Positions 7,293-14,346 of a stretch of DNA of 64,000 nucleotides are shown here, piece by piece (within the stretch, counting starts at the first letter, position 1; each line of letters opens with the position of its first letter). The stretch lies in IMG/VR virus record IMGVR_UViG_3300024339_000005; one strand, given 5' to 3'. A program made the translations under genes and the position numbers. This stretch comes from a virus. The notes under the pieces were generated by a model that was not told the origin of the DNA, searched no databases, and worked only from the letters and a program-made list of their open reading frames with translations.

Positions 7293-7363
7293 TGGTGGCT
7301 TGGAGGGAGTTTCACCCTATCTTTTCCCTTATTAGGGGACTGCTTTGATTAAGCTACCGCGCC
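7293..7363 (-). tRNA. atypical tRNA with AAT (Ile) anticodon
   Basis: Loop CT-AAT-AA; T-loop TGAAACT; A73-CCA; two acceptor mismatches. Confidence 0.6.
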
Positions 7364-7977
7364 ATAGTTCGACCTTTGCGCCATCCTTCTGGAATAACAT
7401 CGGTCTTTTTGATCTTCTTGGTTTCTTGGTTGTTTGTTATCCACATGGAACCGAACTGGGAACTTTGTTCACCTGTGTTTCTTCCTTTAAGGCATTTACT
7501 TATCTTCTTTTTAGTATCTTCTGTATGTTTTTTGCCTTTGAAATTATTATATTTTGCCAAGCCGTCTATATGAACATTAGCAAAATTTATTTTTGATGTT
7601 CTATGTCCCGCGGCCACTCTGGATGGATGATTTTTGACTTGACCAGAATTTCGTTTATGAAAGTTTTCAGACTTCGACCAATATTCTCTATTGAGATATG
7701 ACCAGCCACCATGACCACCAGAACATAAATTATAGGTGTCTTCTCGTTGGCAAAATTCTTCTGTAACCAGTTCCGCTTCCTTGGCATTCATTTCTTGTTC
7801 GGTATCAAATACATGAAGGATTTTCTTTTCAAGGACTTCTTTACCATGTTTTTCGATAACTCGTCTTATGAGTTTACCAGAACCCATATAGCCATCATCC
7901 AATTTTTTTGTTTGATGTTTACCGATATAGATTTTACCGGTTCTGGTATCGGTCGTTTGATAGATCGTATAGAACAT
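7354..7977 (-). CDS. GIY-YIG homing endonuclease (Seg-like, NUMOD3)
   Basis: TIYQTT...IYIGKH...YMGSG; GKKHTEDTKKKIS. Confidence 0.92.
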   Translation of the reverse strand: MFYTIYQTTDTRTGKIYIGKHQTKKLDDGYMGSGKLIRRVIEKHGKEVLEKKILHVFDTEQEMNAKEAELVTEEFCQREDTYNLCSGGHGGWSYLNREYWSKSENFHKRNSGQVKNHPSRVAAGHRTSKINFANVHIDGLAKYNNFKGKKHTEDTKKKISKCLKGRNTGEQSSQFGSMWITNNQETKKIKKTDVIPEGWRKGRTMAR

Positions 7978-7982
7978 AAGAT

Positions 7983-8031
7983 ACCTCGTTTGTCTAATAG
8001 TCTTACATATGGCTATTTAGACAAACGAGGT
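7983..8031 (-). promoter_or_regulatory. RBS-sequestering hairpin with embedded late promoter
   Basis: 15-bp inverted repeat covering GAGG; TCTAAATA at 8014-8021. Confidence 0.8.
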
Positions 8032-8040
8032 TCTCTATGT

Positions 8041-8113
8041 CGACCCGACGAGACTCAAACTCGCATTATCCACATTGAAAGTGTGGTTTCCTATTTCATT
8101 TAGAAGACGGGTC
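8041..8113 (-). tRNA. tRNA-Glu(TTC), no encoded CCA
   Basis: Loop CT-TTC-AA. Confidence 0.85.
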
Positions 8114-8118
8114 GGTAT

Positions 8119-8206
8119 TGGAGGAGAACAATGTAATCGAAACATCGGGGCTACTAACCACCGGCACGGTATTCAACACCGCTTTGCCACCTTGGCGCTG
8201 CTCTCC
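8119..8206 (-). tRNA. tRNA-Ser(TGA)
   Basis: Loop GT-TGA-AT, long variable arm, CCA. Confidence 0.82.
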
Positions 8207-8213
8207 ATGAATT

Positions 8214-8290
8214 TGGCTCCTGTGACACGGCTCGAACGTGTAACTTCCGGCTTAACAGGCCGACTCCCCTCCCAATAGGGACCCACAGGA
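8214..8290 (-). tRNA. tRNA-Asn(GTT)
   Basis: Loop CT-GTT-AA, G73-CCA. Confidence 0.9.
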
Positions 8291-8298
8291 AAAAACTT

Positions 8299-8375
8299 TG
8301 GTACCCGGGATAGGATTCGAACCTACATAAATCACACCGTGTAAAGGTGCTGCTTCCCCATCAAGCCAACCGGGC
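8299..8375 (-). tRNA. tRNA-Val(TAC)
   Basis: Loop TT-TAC-AC, CCA. Confidence 0.88.
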
Positions 8376-8381
8376 AAAGTG

Positions 8382-8473
8382 TTTGTTATTACTACCGCCT
8401 ACTAGCATTTTGTTGGATACCGCACCATCGGCGTCCAGAATGTTGGTGCCTAGTAGACAGTAGAAATAACAAA
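8382..8473 (-). ncRNA. long imperfect hairpin RNA
   Basis: TTTGTTATT/AATAACAAA and CTACTGTCTACTAG/CTAGTAGGCGGTAG; G.U pairs favour the minus strand. Confidence 0.55.
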
Positions 8474-8552
8474 TTTATCACAAACATTGCGCGACTGGAG
8501 GCAGGCGAAATCCTCTGGCTACCACACGTCCCTTGTGGATGGTCGCTAACTT

Positions 8553-8631
8553 TGGAGGATACGGAGGGAATCAAACCCTCGAATACACGGTTTAAGAGAC
8601 CGTTGGTATAGTCACCACTACCTTCGTATCC
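8553..8631 (-). tRNA. tRNA-Lys(CTT)
   Basis: Loop CT-CTT-AA, CCA. Confidence 0.85.
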
Positions 8632-8640
8632 ATATATGTG

Positions 8641-8704
8641 CTGTAATCCTTGTTGTTTATTCGCTATTATTTTATAATAGTTCGATATTCAACAAGGATT
8701 ACAG
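8641..8704. repeat. inverted repeat with 15-bp perfect arms
   Basis: CTGTAATCCTTGTTG...CAACAAGGATTACAG. Confidence 0.85.
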
Positions 8705-8706
8705 AA

Positions 8707-8784
8707 TGAGGACCGCCTGGGAATCGAACCCAGATCTAACAAACTTAAAAGGATTGCCCTATAGCCACTACTAGGAAGCGGTCC
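8707..8784 (-). tRNA. tRNA-Lys(TTT)
   Basis: Loop CT-TTT-AA; no CCA. Confidence 0.8.
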
Positions 8785-8866
8785 ATTAATTTTTGGGGCG
8801 GGAGGTTTAATGCACCGTTCCCCGTAAGTGCAACGTTTGAAGCTAGGCCACAACGCCATCTCTTTT

Positions 8867-8940
8867 TGGGGCGGAGCCGGGAATCGAACCCTGGTCTCTT
8901 GATTCACAGTCAAGAATTCTGCCACTGAACTAGCAACGCC
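8867..8940 (-). tRNA. tRNA-His(GTG)
   Basis: Loop CT-GTG-AA; G-1:C73; acceptor mismatches. Confidence 0.85.
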
Positions 8941-8950
8941 ATATTTGAAT

Positions 8951-9027
8951 TGGGGCTTCTGACAGGATTCGAACCTGCATTATGTCTCCTTCGTAGGGAG
9001 GTGCCAAATCCATTTGACTACAGAAGC
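8951..9027 (-). tRNA. tRNA-Arg(ACG)
   Basis: Loop CT-ACG-AA. Confidence 0.9.
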
Positions 9028-9032
9028 ATGAT

Positions 9033-9117
9033 TGGTGCATCGGGAAGGAATCGAACCTTCAAAGTAAAAAACGGGAGATTTACAGTCTCTTAGGCTCACC
9101 ACCTGCCTAACCAATGC
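9033..9117 (-). tRNA. tRNA-Tyr(GTA)
   Basis: Loop CT-GTA-AA, long variable arm. Confidence 0.9.
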
Positions 9118-9125
9118 ATATAAAA

Positions 9126-9227
9126 TAAACGCTAGAACGGAATCGAACCGTTTCTATTCCCAACTTTACACCAGTAGCCTACACATTCCCTTGGGAAAGT
9201 TTTGTTGTGTAGAACATCAAGCGTTTA
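9126..9227 (-). ncRNA. tRNA-like RNA with greatly enlarged D-arm, no CCA
   Basis: TAAACGCT/AGCGTTTA closing stem; AACGG-TTCGATT-CCGTT T-arm; CTACACA/TGTGTAG arm. Confidence 0.55.
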
Positions 9228-9385
9228 TAAAAAGGGGGAACTCGACGCTTCGCCAAAAGCGGAATTCAACCCAGTAATTTTCAGAGAAAGGGGAGTTGAA
9301 CCCCTTTGATAGAAATTAGTTCGGTGTCGACCCCTTACTAACTTCCGAAACATTCAAGTTTCTTAACACGCCCGCACCCTTAATT

Positions 9386-9486
9386 TGGCAGCCATAACAG
9401 GAATCGAACCTGTATTCGGTATTCGCAAGATATACCGGACTTTCTTACTTGCGGCTTAAAAGTCAGCCCCCAATGGGCATAGGCTA
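9386..9486 (-). tRNA. non-canonical tRNA-like RNA, anticodon unclear
   Basis: T-arm, G73-CCA, long variable arm, elongated anticodon arm, irregular acceptor stem. Confidence 0.55.
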
Positions 9487-9491
9487 TAATT

Positions 9492-9567
9492 TGGAGAGCA
9501 TGGTCGGAATCGAACCGACTTCAATTTCGCTTTGCAGGCGAAGACCTTACCATTCGGCATCACGCTC
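9492..9567 (-). tRNA. tRNA-Cys(GCA)
   Basis: Loop CT-GCA-AA, U73-CCA. Confidence 0.9.
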
Positions 9568-9571
9568 ATTG

Positions 9572-9776
9572 TAAACAGTTTTGAAGAAAGGTGATCCGGG
9601 GCTCCGCACCCTCCATATGTCTAGTAATTACTCTCCGCCGTTTGCAACCGACTTTGAATTCTAATCATATGCCCTCTAGTGACCCTCATATGTAAACCTC
9701 TGGAAACATACTTGTTACGGACTCTAGCAGTTTATTCCTCGTAGATTGTGGAACCACATTTCATCAAAAATGTTTA
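9572..9776 (-). ncRNA. about 200-nt RNA with long terminal stem (6S-like size)
   Basis: TAAACATTTTTGATGAAATGTGGTTCC pairs with GGATCACCTTTCTTCAAAACTGTTTA. Confidence 0.55.
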
Positions 9777-10074
9777 TTTAACCAATTCTCTGCTATCGGT
9801 GTCCACATCAAAGATGCTTCGTTGCCCTCCAGACAGGCCCTACCTCACTCACAGCCGCAGGTCGCTGTACTCGTTTACTTCTGGGTTTTTTACGTCTTTG
9901 CTGACTGCTACATGAAACCCCAGGATTCTGATTTCATAATCGTTCTCTATTTATTTTCTGTGTCCATAACTATCAGCCGAACGATTTGCTTCTAGTAGTT
10001 TTAACGGACTAACTCTTGACCAATCTCTTTCGTTCTCTCCTCTAACTCTCTCGTTTGTTTCTCTATCTTAATTT

Positions 10075-10104
10075 GATCATACGCTATTTTTCGGCAAATG
10101 TCAA
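10075..10104 (-). promoter_or_regulatory. sigma70-type promoter at the head of the RNA array
   Basis: TTGACA-17-TATGAT(C). Confidence 0.8.
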
Positions 10105-10122
10105 GCACTAATTTCACTTTTT

Positions 10123-10332
10123 TCAAATAAACTTTTCACAAAAGATTATCGAATTACCAGGAAAAACCAAACTCACATTCTCAAGAAATTCTTCTTCGGT
10201 TCTAGCGGATTTCACGCGAACCCAGTTATTACTCTTTTTTAATCCACCATCATTCCAAACGTCACTCATCAAGGCTGCATCACCAGAGAACCAGGCTCCT
10301 GTTTTTCCGAATTGCGCTACAATCTTTTTCAT
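10123..10332 (-). CDS. small early hypothetical protein
   Basis: Starts after the promoter repeat and its GA-rich RBS. Confidence 0.6.
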   Translation of the reverse strand: MKKIVAQFGKTGAWFSGDAALMSDVWNDGGLKKSNNWVRVKSARTEEEFLENVSLVFPGNSIIFCEKFI

Positions 10333-10335
10333 AAT

Positions 10336-10394
10336 CTCTCTCTTGGTTCTTGATCTTACTATCTGATCATGCACTATTTCTGACCAAATGTCAA
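10336..10394 (-). promoter_or_regulatory. conserved early promoter/leader repeat
   Basis: TTGACA-17-CATGAT-CAGATAGTAAGATC-AGAGAG; 7 copies in the window. Confidence 0.9.
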
Positions 10395-10415
10395 CCCCTA
10401 AATGCAATAAAACTC

Positions 10416-10453
10416 AAAAAAAATGCCCCATCCTATATTCTAGGGTGGGGCAT
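10416..10453 (-). terminator. intrinsic terminator (attenuator)
   Basis: ATGCCCCACCCTA-gaata-TAGGATGGGGCAT followed by U7. Confidence 0.9.
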
Positions 10454-10497
10454 GAAAGTTACTACTTTTACTACTTAAACTTTCATCATCCCATCCC
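10443..10497 (-). promoter_or_regulatory. putative antiterminator hairpin
   Basis: GGGATGGGATGATGAAAGTT pairs with AACTTTCATGCCCCACCC, overlapping the terminator 5' arm. Confidence 0.7.
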
Positions 10498-10599
10498 GGT
10501 TCCGCCAATATTATCTTGGCGTTTCGCCCAGGCGCAACTCACCATCGGAAATGATTCCGACAATAGATATGACGTATGGGCGAGTAATATGGAAGTCAT
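10486..10599 (-). CDS. putative 37-aa leader peptide containing all 20 amino acids
   Basis: MTSILLAHTSYLLSESFPMVSCAWAKRQDNIGGTGMG; 32 distinct codons; stop lies in the antiterminator arm. Confidence 0.7.
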   Translation of the reverse strand: MTSILLAHTSYLLSESFPMVSCAWAKRQDNIGGTGMG

Positions 10600-10647
10600 G
10601 GTCTTTTCTTTATTTGTAGCCAGTAACGAAGGCTTGTTGTTCACTTT

Positions 10648-10655
10648 TATTTATA
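10648..10655 (-). promoter_or_regulatory. T4-type late promoter
   Basis: TATAAATA about 50 nt upstream of the leader ORF. Confidence 0.7.
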
Positions 10656-10683
10656 CGTTTGGTACCAGGGATTTGAAAAAAGA

Positions 10684-10899
10684 TCAACCTTTTTTATCCA
10701 TGATGTAGGGCGCCATGTTCTTGGTTTCGTCTTTACCAAGGCTGGTGTTCTTGCGCTCTTTATGCGCTTCCATCTGGTTCAAAACCCGACGGATAGGATT
10801 CTTGTTAGCAATCCGAACCGACTTCAAGGTCTTCTTCGATACGTTGCGACCGGTACCTTTCGATACCTGCTTGGTGCGCTTGTTCCTTACTGACGACAT
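10684..10899 (-). CDS. small basic protein
   Basis: K/R-rich; AGGAG RBS; promoter at 10925-10954. Confidence 0.7.
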   Translation of the reverse strand: MSSVRNKRTKQVSKGTGRNVSKKTLKSVRIANKNPIRRVLNQMEAHKERKNTSLGKDETKNMAPYIMDKKG

Positions 10900-10924
10900 T
10901 TTTTCTCTCCTGTTTCTATTTTAC

Positions 10925-10954
10925 GATCATACTCTGTCTGACCGCTTTTGTCAA
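10925..10954 (-). promoter_or_regulatory. sigma70-type promoter
   Basis: TTGACA-17-TATGAT(C). Confidence 0.8.
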
Positions 10955-10961
10955 TACTTTT

Positions 10962-11558
10962 TTAGGCTTCTTCTATATAAACAACACCGATGCCTAGCAT
11001 GGCTGGTTTGTTTTTGAATATCTCCAAACAATCGGCGTCGTGGGTATGGGTCATTTCCTGGTATTCATCCAGAGACTCTGGTCGGTCCATGACTTGCTTC
11101 AGGTCTTTCCAGAATCTATGAACACCGAAGTTGGCGTTTGATATATCATGGATACCGACCATAACATTGGCCATAGGTGAGTATTCGTTCCAATCTTTCA
11201 AAGCCCCGTCGTAACTGTGGTCACCATCAATGTAAACCAAATCGAATGGACCCCGGGCTTCTGCGATTGATTTGATACTCTCGTCATGTGAATTACCAAA
11301 AATCAACTTAACATCATAGCCTTTGGCTGTCAACGCCTTCGCTATATTCTCGAGGCTTTCTTTCGAATCTTCAAAGCCATCTGAGGCGTTCGGCCAATCA
11401 ATCGCTGTAATCTTTGAACCCACGGGCAGGCAATTAGCCATATGCCAAAGGTTCTGCCCATACAGACTACCAATCTCAAGGAGAGAATCGACCTCTTTCT
11501 CCTTGATTAGTTTCTGGAATCTGTCGCTTTCTACCAAGCAGCCGTTATGAGAAATCAT
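10962..11558 (-). CDS. class I SAM methyltransferase (Methyltransf_24-like)
   Basis: LLEIGSLYG; FDLVYIDGDHSY; IHD. Confidence 0.85.
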   Translation of the reverse strand: MISHNGCLVESDRFQKLIKEKEVDSLLEIGSLYGQNLWHMANCLPVGSKITAIDWPNASDGFEDSKESLENIAKALTAKGYDVKLIFGNSHDESIKSIAEARGPFDLVYIDGDHSYDGALKDWNEYSPMANVMVGIHDISNANFGVHRFWKDLKQVMDRPESLDEYQEMTHTHDADCLEIFKNKPAMLGIGVVYIEEA

Positions 11559-11893
11559 CAAGCCACCCGATATTCGTTGTTGCTGAAACCTTCGCGGTCC
11601 TTGCGTTCGGTATTCTTCAGGAACGTATGAACGGTCCATGCGTGGGGTGGATAATCCTCGAGGTAATCACAGATTTTTTCAAGGGCTTTATAGCCAATAT
11701 CAAAACCGATATATTGCCAGACGGGTTCCATGGCTTTGAAGTCTTTCTGGTTGCAGTCCATTGAGATCGAACCAGCGAATTCAATATCTCCCAGGAAATC
11801 ATAAAGATACATTTCCGTAAGAGCCTTGAATTCTTCTGTGTCGTTCACTTCGAACCCGGGCTTGGCTTCAAACATAATTCTAAGATTCATCAT
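11558..11893 (-). CDS. hypothetical protein
   Basis: Coupled ORF. Confidence 0.6.
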   Translation of the reverse strand: MMNLRIMFEAKPGFEVNDTEEFKALTEMYLYDFLGDIEFAGSISMDCNQKDFKAMEPVWQYIGFDIGYKALEKICDYLEDYPPHAWTVHTFLKNTERKDREGFSNNEYRVA

Positions 11894-12269
11894 GGCAAAT
11901 TTCCTTCATTTGTGTAATGTGTTGGCACTTCCGATATTTGAAAAACGGAAAGCAAGAACAAGACCAATAACCGAAGATACGGGCTACCGTATCGGGACCA
12001 TCGACCCACTTGTTGTAGTTATCCATATCCCACATAAAGCGGTAAGCCGGTTTTGGCTCAGGCTCACAGTAGGCCTTACAGGAAAGAACTCGTTCGCGGT
12101 CTATGACACGCTCGGTAAATTCACCCCTGCCTTCAACAGACAGACGAACTTTGGCTGCACCCTCGGGTGACAGCAATTCACCCACGAACTTGTAGGTCTC
12201 CGCGATAGGCTTGACATAAGCCTTACGGTTTTTCCAGTTCGGGTTCAGGACCGTCAGTTCAACTTTCAT
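11880..12269 (-). CDS. SWIM zinc-finger protein
   Basis: CSCFPFFKYRKCQH. Confidence 0.7.
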   Translation of the reverse strand: MKVELTVLNPNWKNRKAYVKPIAETYKFVGELLSPEGAAKVRLSVEGRGEFTERVIDRERVLSCKAYCEPEPKPAYRFMWDMDNYNKWVDGPDTVARIFGYWSCSCFPFFKYRKCQHITQMKEICHDES

Positions 12270-12481
12270 TTCAGGAAGTCCCTTGTTTTATGGCTTGCTT
12301 TAATCATTGCGTCGGCCCATTGATAGCGCAATTCGCATTTCATTTGGAGCCATTGTTCGTCGCTGCCATACTGGCCCTCCACTCTATCACCGAAATGGAT
12401 TTTGATAGCGCCGAGTGTCAAATCTTTATAGACTTCTTTTGGGGCGTGACAGGCGAAATAATCTCTGGTGCTGATACTCAT
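12266..12481 (-). CDS. phage hypothetical protein
   Basis: RDYFA...YQWADAMI motif. Confidence 0.7.
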   Translation of the reverse strand: MSISTRDYFACHAPKEVYKDLTLGAIKIHFGDRVEGQYGSDEQWLQMKCELRYQWADAMIKASHKTRDFLK

Positions 12482-12606
12482 TCAATTTTCAGGTTCTTTC
12501 TGCTATACTTACGTTTCAAAGGTACGACACGCTTGCGGAATAATGGTGACGCAAGAGCCATAGCCATAGCACAACGGCGCTTTGGTATTTTGTTCTTGCG
12601 TTTCAT
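12478..12606 (-). CDS. ArfA-like small basic protein (42 aa)
   Basis: MALASPLFRKRVVPLKRKYSRK versus ArfA [25 protein letters not shown]; fills the intergenic gap; GGAG RBS. Confidence 0.55.
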   Translation of the reverse strand: MKRKNKIPKRRCAMAMALASPLFRKRVVPLKRKYSRKNLKIE

Positions 12607-12609
12607 CGG

Positions 12610-13305
12610 TCACACTCCTATAAGGGCACGGTCTGCTTTTGACAGTTTGGCCAGGACGGCTTTCTTTTTAGCAGCCTGAGCAGTACGGGCGGCGGCAAAT
12701 TCAGCCTCCTGCTTTTTCCACATTGCGCGATCGTTGCGGTCTGCTTCTTTATACATTTCAAGATTGCCCTGGGCAACAGAAATTTCTATCAGCCCGATGT
12801 TATCAGGCAGGGAAGGAACGACCAACATTTCGATGGTGTTGCTAACATGACTCACATGGCCGTTATTGTATTTATTCAGCCACAAAACAGAGACAGACTT
12901 TTTGGAAACTTTAGTAACAACGCCCCACTGACCAGAATAGAAAATTTTGTCGTTTTCTTTTATGACAACGCCAGCGCCGTCTTTCAGGACAGGCATGGCT
13001 TCTTCTTCAGCTTTGACAACCGCGTTTGCGTCAACGATAATAACGTCAGTGGTTTGGGGAACAACATTGACAAGACAGCGATCGAACCATTGTTTGCGCC
13101 CATTGATTTTTGTCAAGAACTGGTCGCGGCGGTTATACACTCGCGTTTCAGTCACTTCAACAACAGACCCAGACCACTTTGTGGTTTGTTTCGCATGATA
13201 CGAATTTGAGTAATAACTGGTGGAAAAGTAGTTTGAAATCTTGACTATCAAGGAGCCCTTTTCGGCGATTTTGGCTGCTGACGCTTTGAATGTTTCTTTT
13301 TTCAT
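12610..13305 (-). CDS. hypothetical protein
   Basis: 231-aa ORF in an early operon. Confidence 0.7.
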   Translation of the reverse strand: MKKETFKASAAKIAEKGSLIVKISNYFSTSYYSNSYHAKQTTKWSGSVVEVTETRVYNRRDQFLTKINGRKQWFDRCLVNVVPQTTDVIIVDANAVVKAEEEAMPVLKDGAGVVIKENDKIFYSGQWGVVTKVSKKSVSVLWLNKYNNGHVSHVSNTIEMLVVPSLPDNIGLIEISVAQGNLEMYKEADRNDRAMWKKQEAEFAAARTAQAAKKKAVLAKLSKADRALIGV

Positions 13306-13307
13306 GT

Positions 13308-13676
13308 TCAGCCCCCAAACTCGACGGTGCGTTCATTGACTTTGAACTTGCCATTGGCAGTTTCGACAATGAAAGGATACTTGGAAGCGCGTTTGTTCCA
13401 GCCGACAACTTTGCCGGACAGCCCGTTGTTGAGGTTGACAGTCTTGTCAGCCCAACCAGGGTAGAATGCTTCTAAGGCAACACGGTATTTATCTTGCGCG
13501 TTACCAGTTGAATTCAGAACGGACAATTCAACTTTGAATGTGACGTTGGTAGCCGTGAAACGAGCGTTCCCAACATCAATTTTTACACCCAAATTTGCTT
13601 CAACAACAGCGAGGGCCGCCGCTAACTCGTCGCGGGTGGACTTCACTGTGGCGCGGTCAAAAGTCTTAATAGTCAT
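13308..13676 (-). CDS. phage early hypothetical protein
   Basis: First gene after the promoter repeat; GWNKRASKYP motif. Confidence 0.7.
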   Translation of the reverse strand: MTIKTFDRATVKSTRDELAAALAVVEANLGVKIDVGNARFTATNVTFKVELSVLNSTGNAQDKYRVALEAFYPGWADKTVNLNNGLSGKVVGWNKRASKYPFIVETANGKFKVNERTVEFGG

Positions 13677-13687
13677 TTCTTTTCTTT

Positions 13688-13741
13688 CTCTCTCTGTTGA
13701 TCTTACTATTTGATCATGCACCATTTTCGACCAAATGTCAA
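13688..13741 (-). promoter_or_regulatory. conserved early promoter repeat
   Basis: TTGACA-17-CATGAT(C). Confidence 0.9.
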
Positions 13742-13755
13742 GAGAAAAATGAAAA

Positions 13756-14346
13756 TTAATAGCGTTTTGGAGAGATTTTTTTCAGGTAGAGTGCATCACC
13801 AGTTTTCTCTAATAATACGAGAGTATGACCATCATAAAATGGCGGCAATTCATCCATAACAAATTGTTGAAATTGTGCGCGGTTATGCTCTCGTAAGTAA
13901 AGGAACATATAGCCACCATCTTTGAGGCAATTCGTCATATCGTTCATGGCGTCTGTGAAAACTTGACCCGACAAATGTTCAAGGACAGCCAGAGACAGGA
14001 CATAATCAAACTGTTGGTCTGGGATATCATTGGTGATCTCAAGGTTGGCTTTTAGGTGGTCGTTTTTCAAATCGTCTTTGATTATGGTGCCGACCCTGAC
14101 ACAATCCTGGTTGGGGTCATAGGAAACTGTCGGTGTGTTGTAGTAAAGGCAGAGGTACATTGAGACACGCCCAGTACCACCACCGAAATCAAGAATCGTT
14201 TGTTTCTCATCACGAATTTTCTGATTATCCACAATTTCCATAAAGGAGAAAGCAGGGCGAAACGCTGCGAATAAATGCGTCATGTGGGTTCCGCGCCCGT
14301 ACATTGATTGAATTGGGTCGTCCCAGTGGTTCAGTTCGAAGGTCAT
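13756..14346 (-). CDS. class I SAM methyltransferase
   Basis: ILDFGGGTG; FDYVLSLAVLEH; LKDGG. Confidence 0.85.
   Translation of the reverse strand: MTFELNHWDDPIQSMYGRGTHMTHLFAAFRPAFSFMEIVDNQKIRDEKQTILDFGGGTGRVSMYLCLYYNTPTVSYDPNQDCVRVGTIIKDDLKNDHLKANLEITNDIPDQQFDYVLSLAVLEHLSGQVFTDAMNDMTNCLKDGGYMFLYLREHNRAQFQQFVMDELPPFYDGHTLVLLEKTGDALYLKKISPKRY

Noticed and set aside
396-8925. Track ORFs overlapping tRNAs, such as 396-611, 4610-4813, 6803-7276 and 8689-8925
   Set aside because: They are shadow frames of tRNA genes.
277-9567. Stop-codon recoding or suppressor tRNAs
   Set aside because: No clear CTA, TTA or TCA anticodon, and core genes are intact in the standard code.
9586-9725. 16S rRNA 3'-end-like words GGATCACCT and CGTAACAAG
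   Set aside because: The matches are short, wrongly spaced and lack the CCTCC anti-SD; not an rRNA gene.
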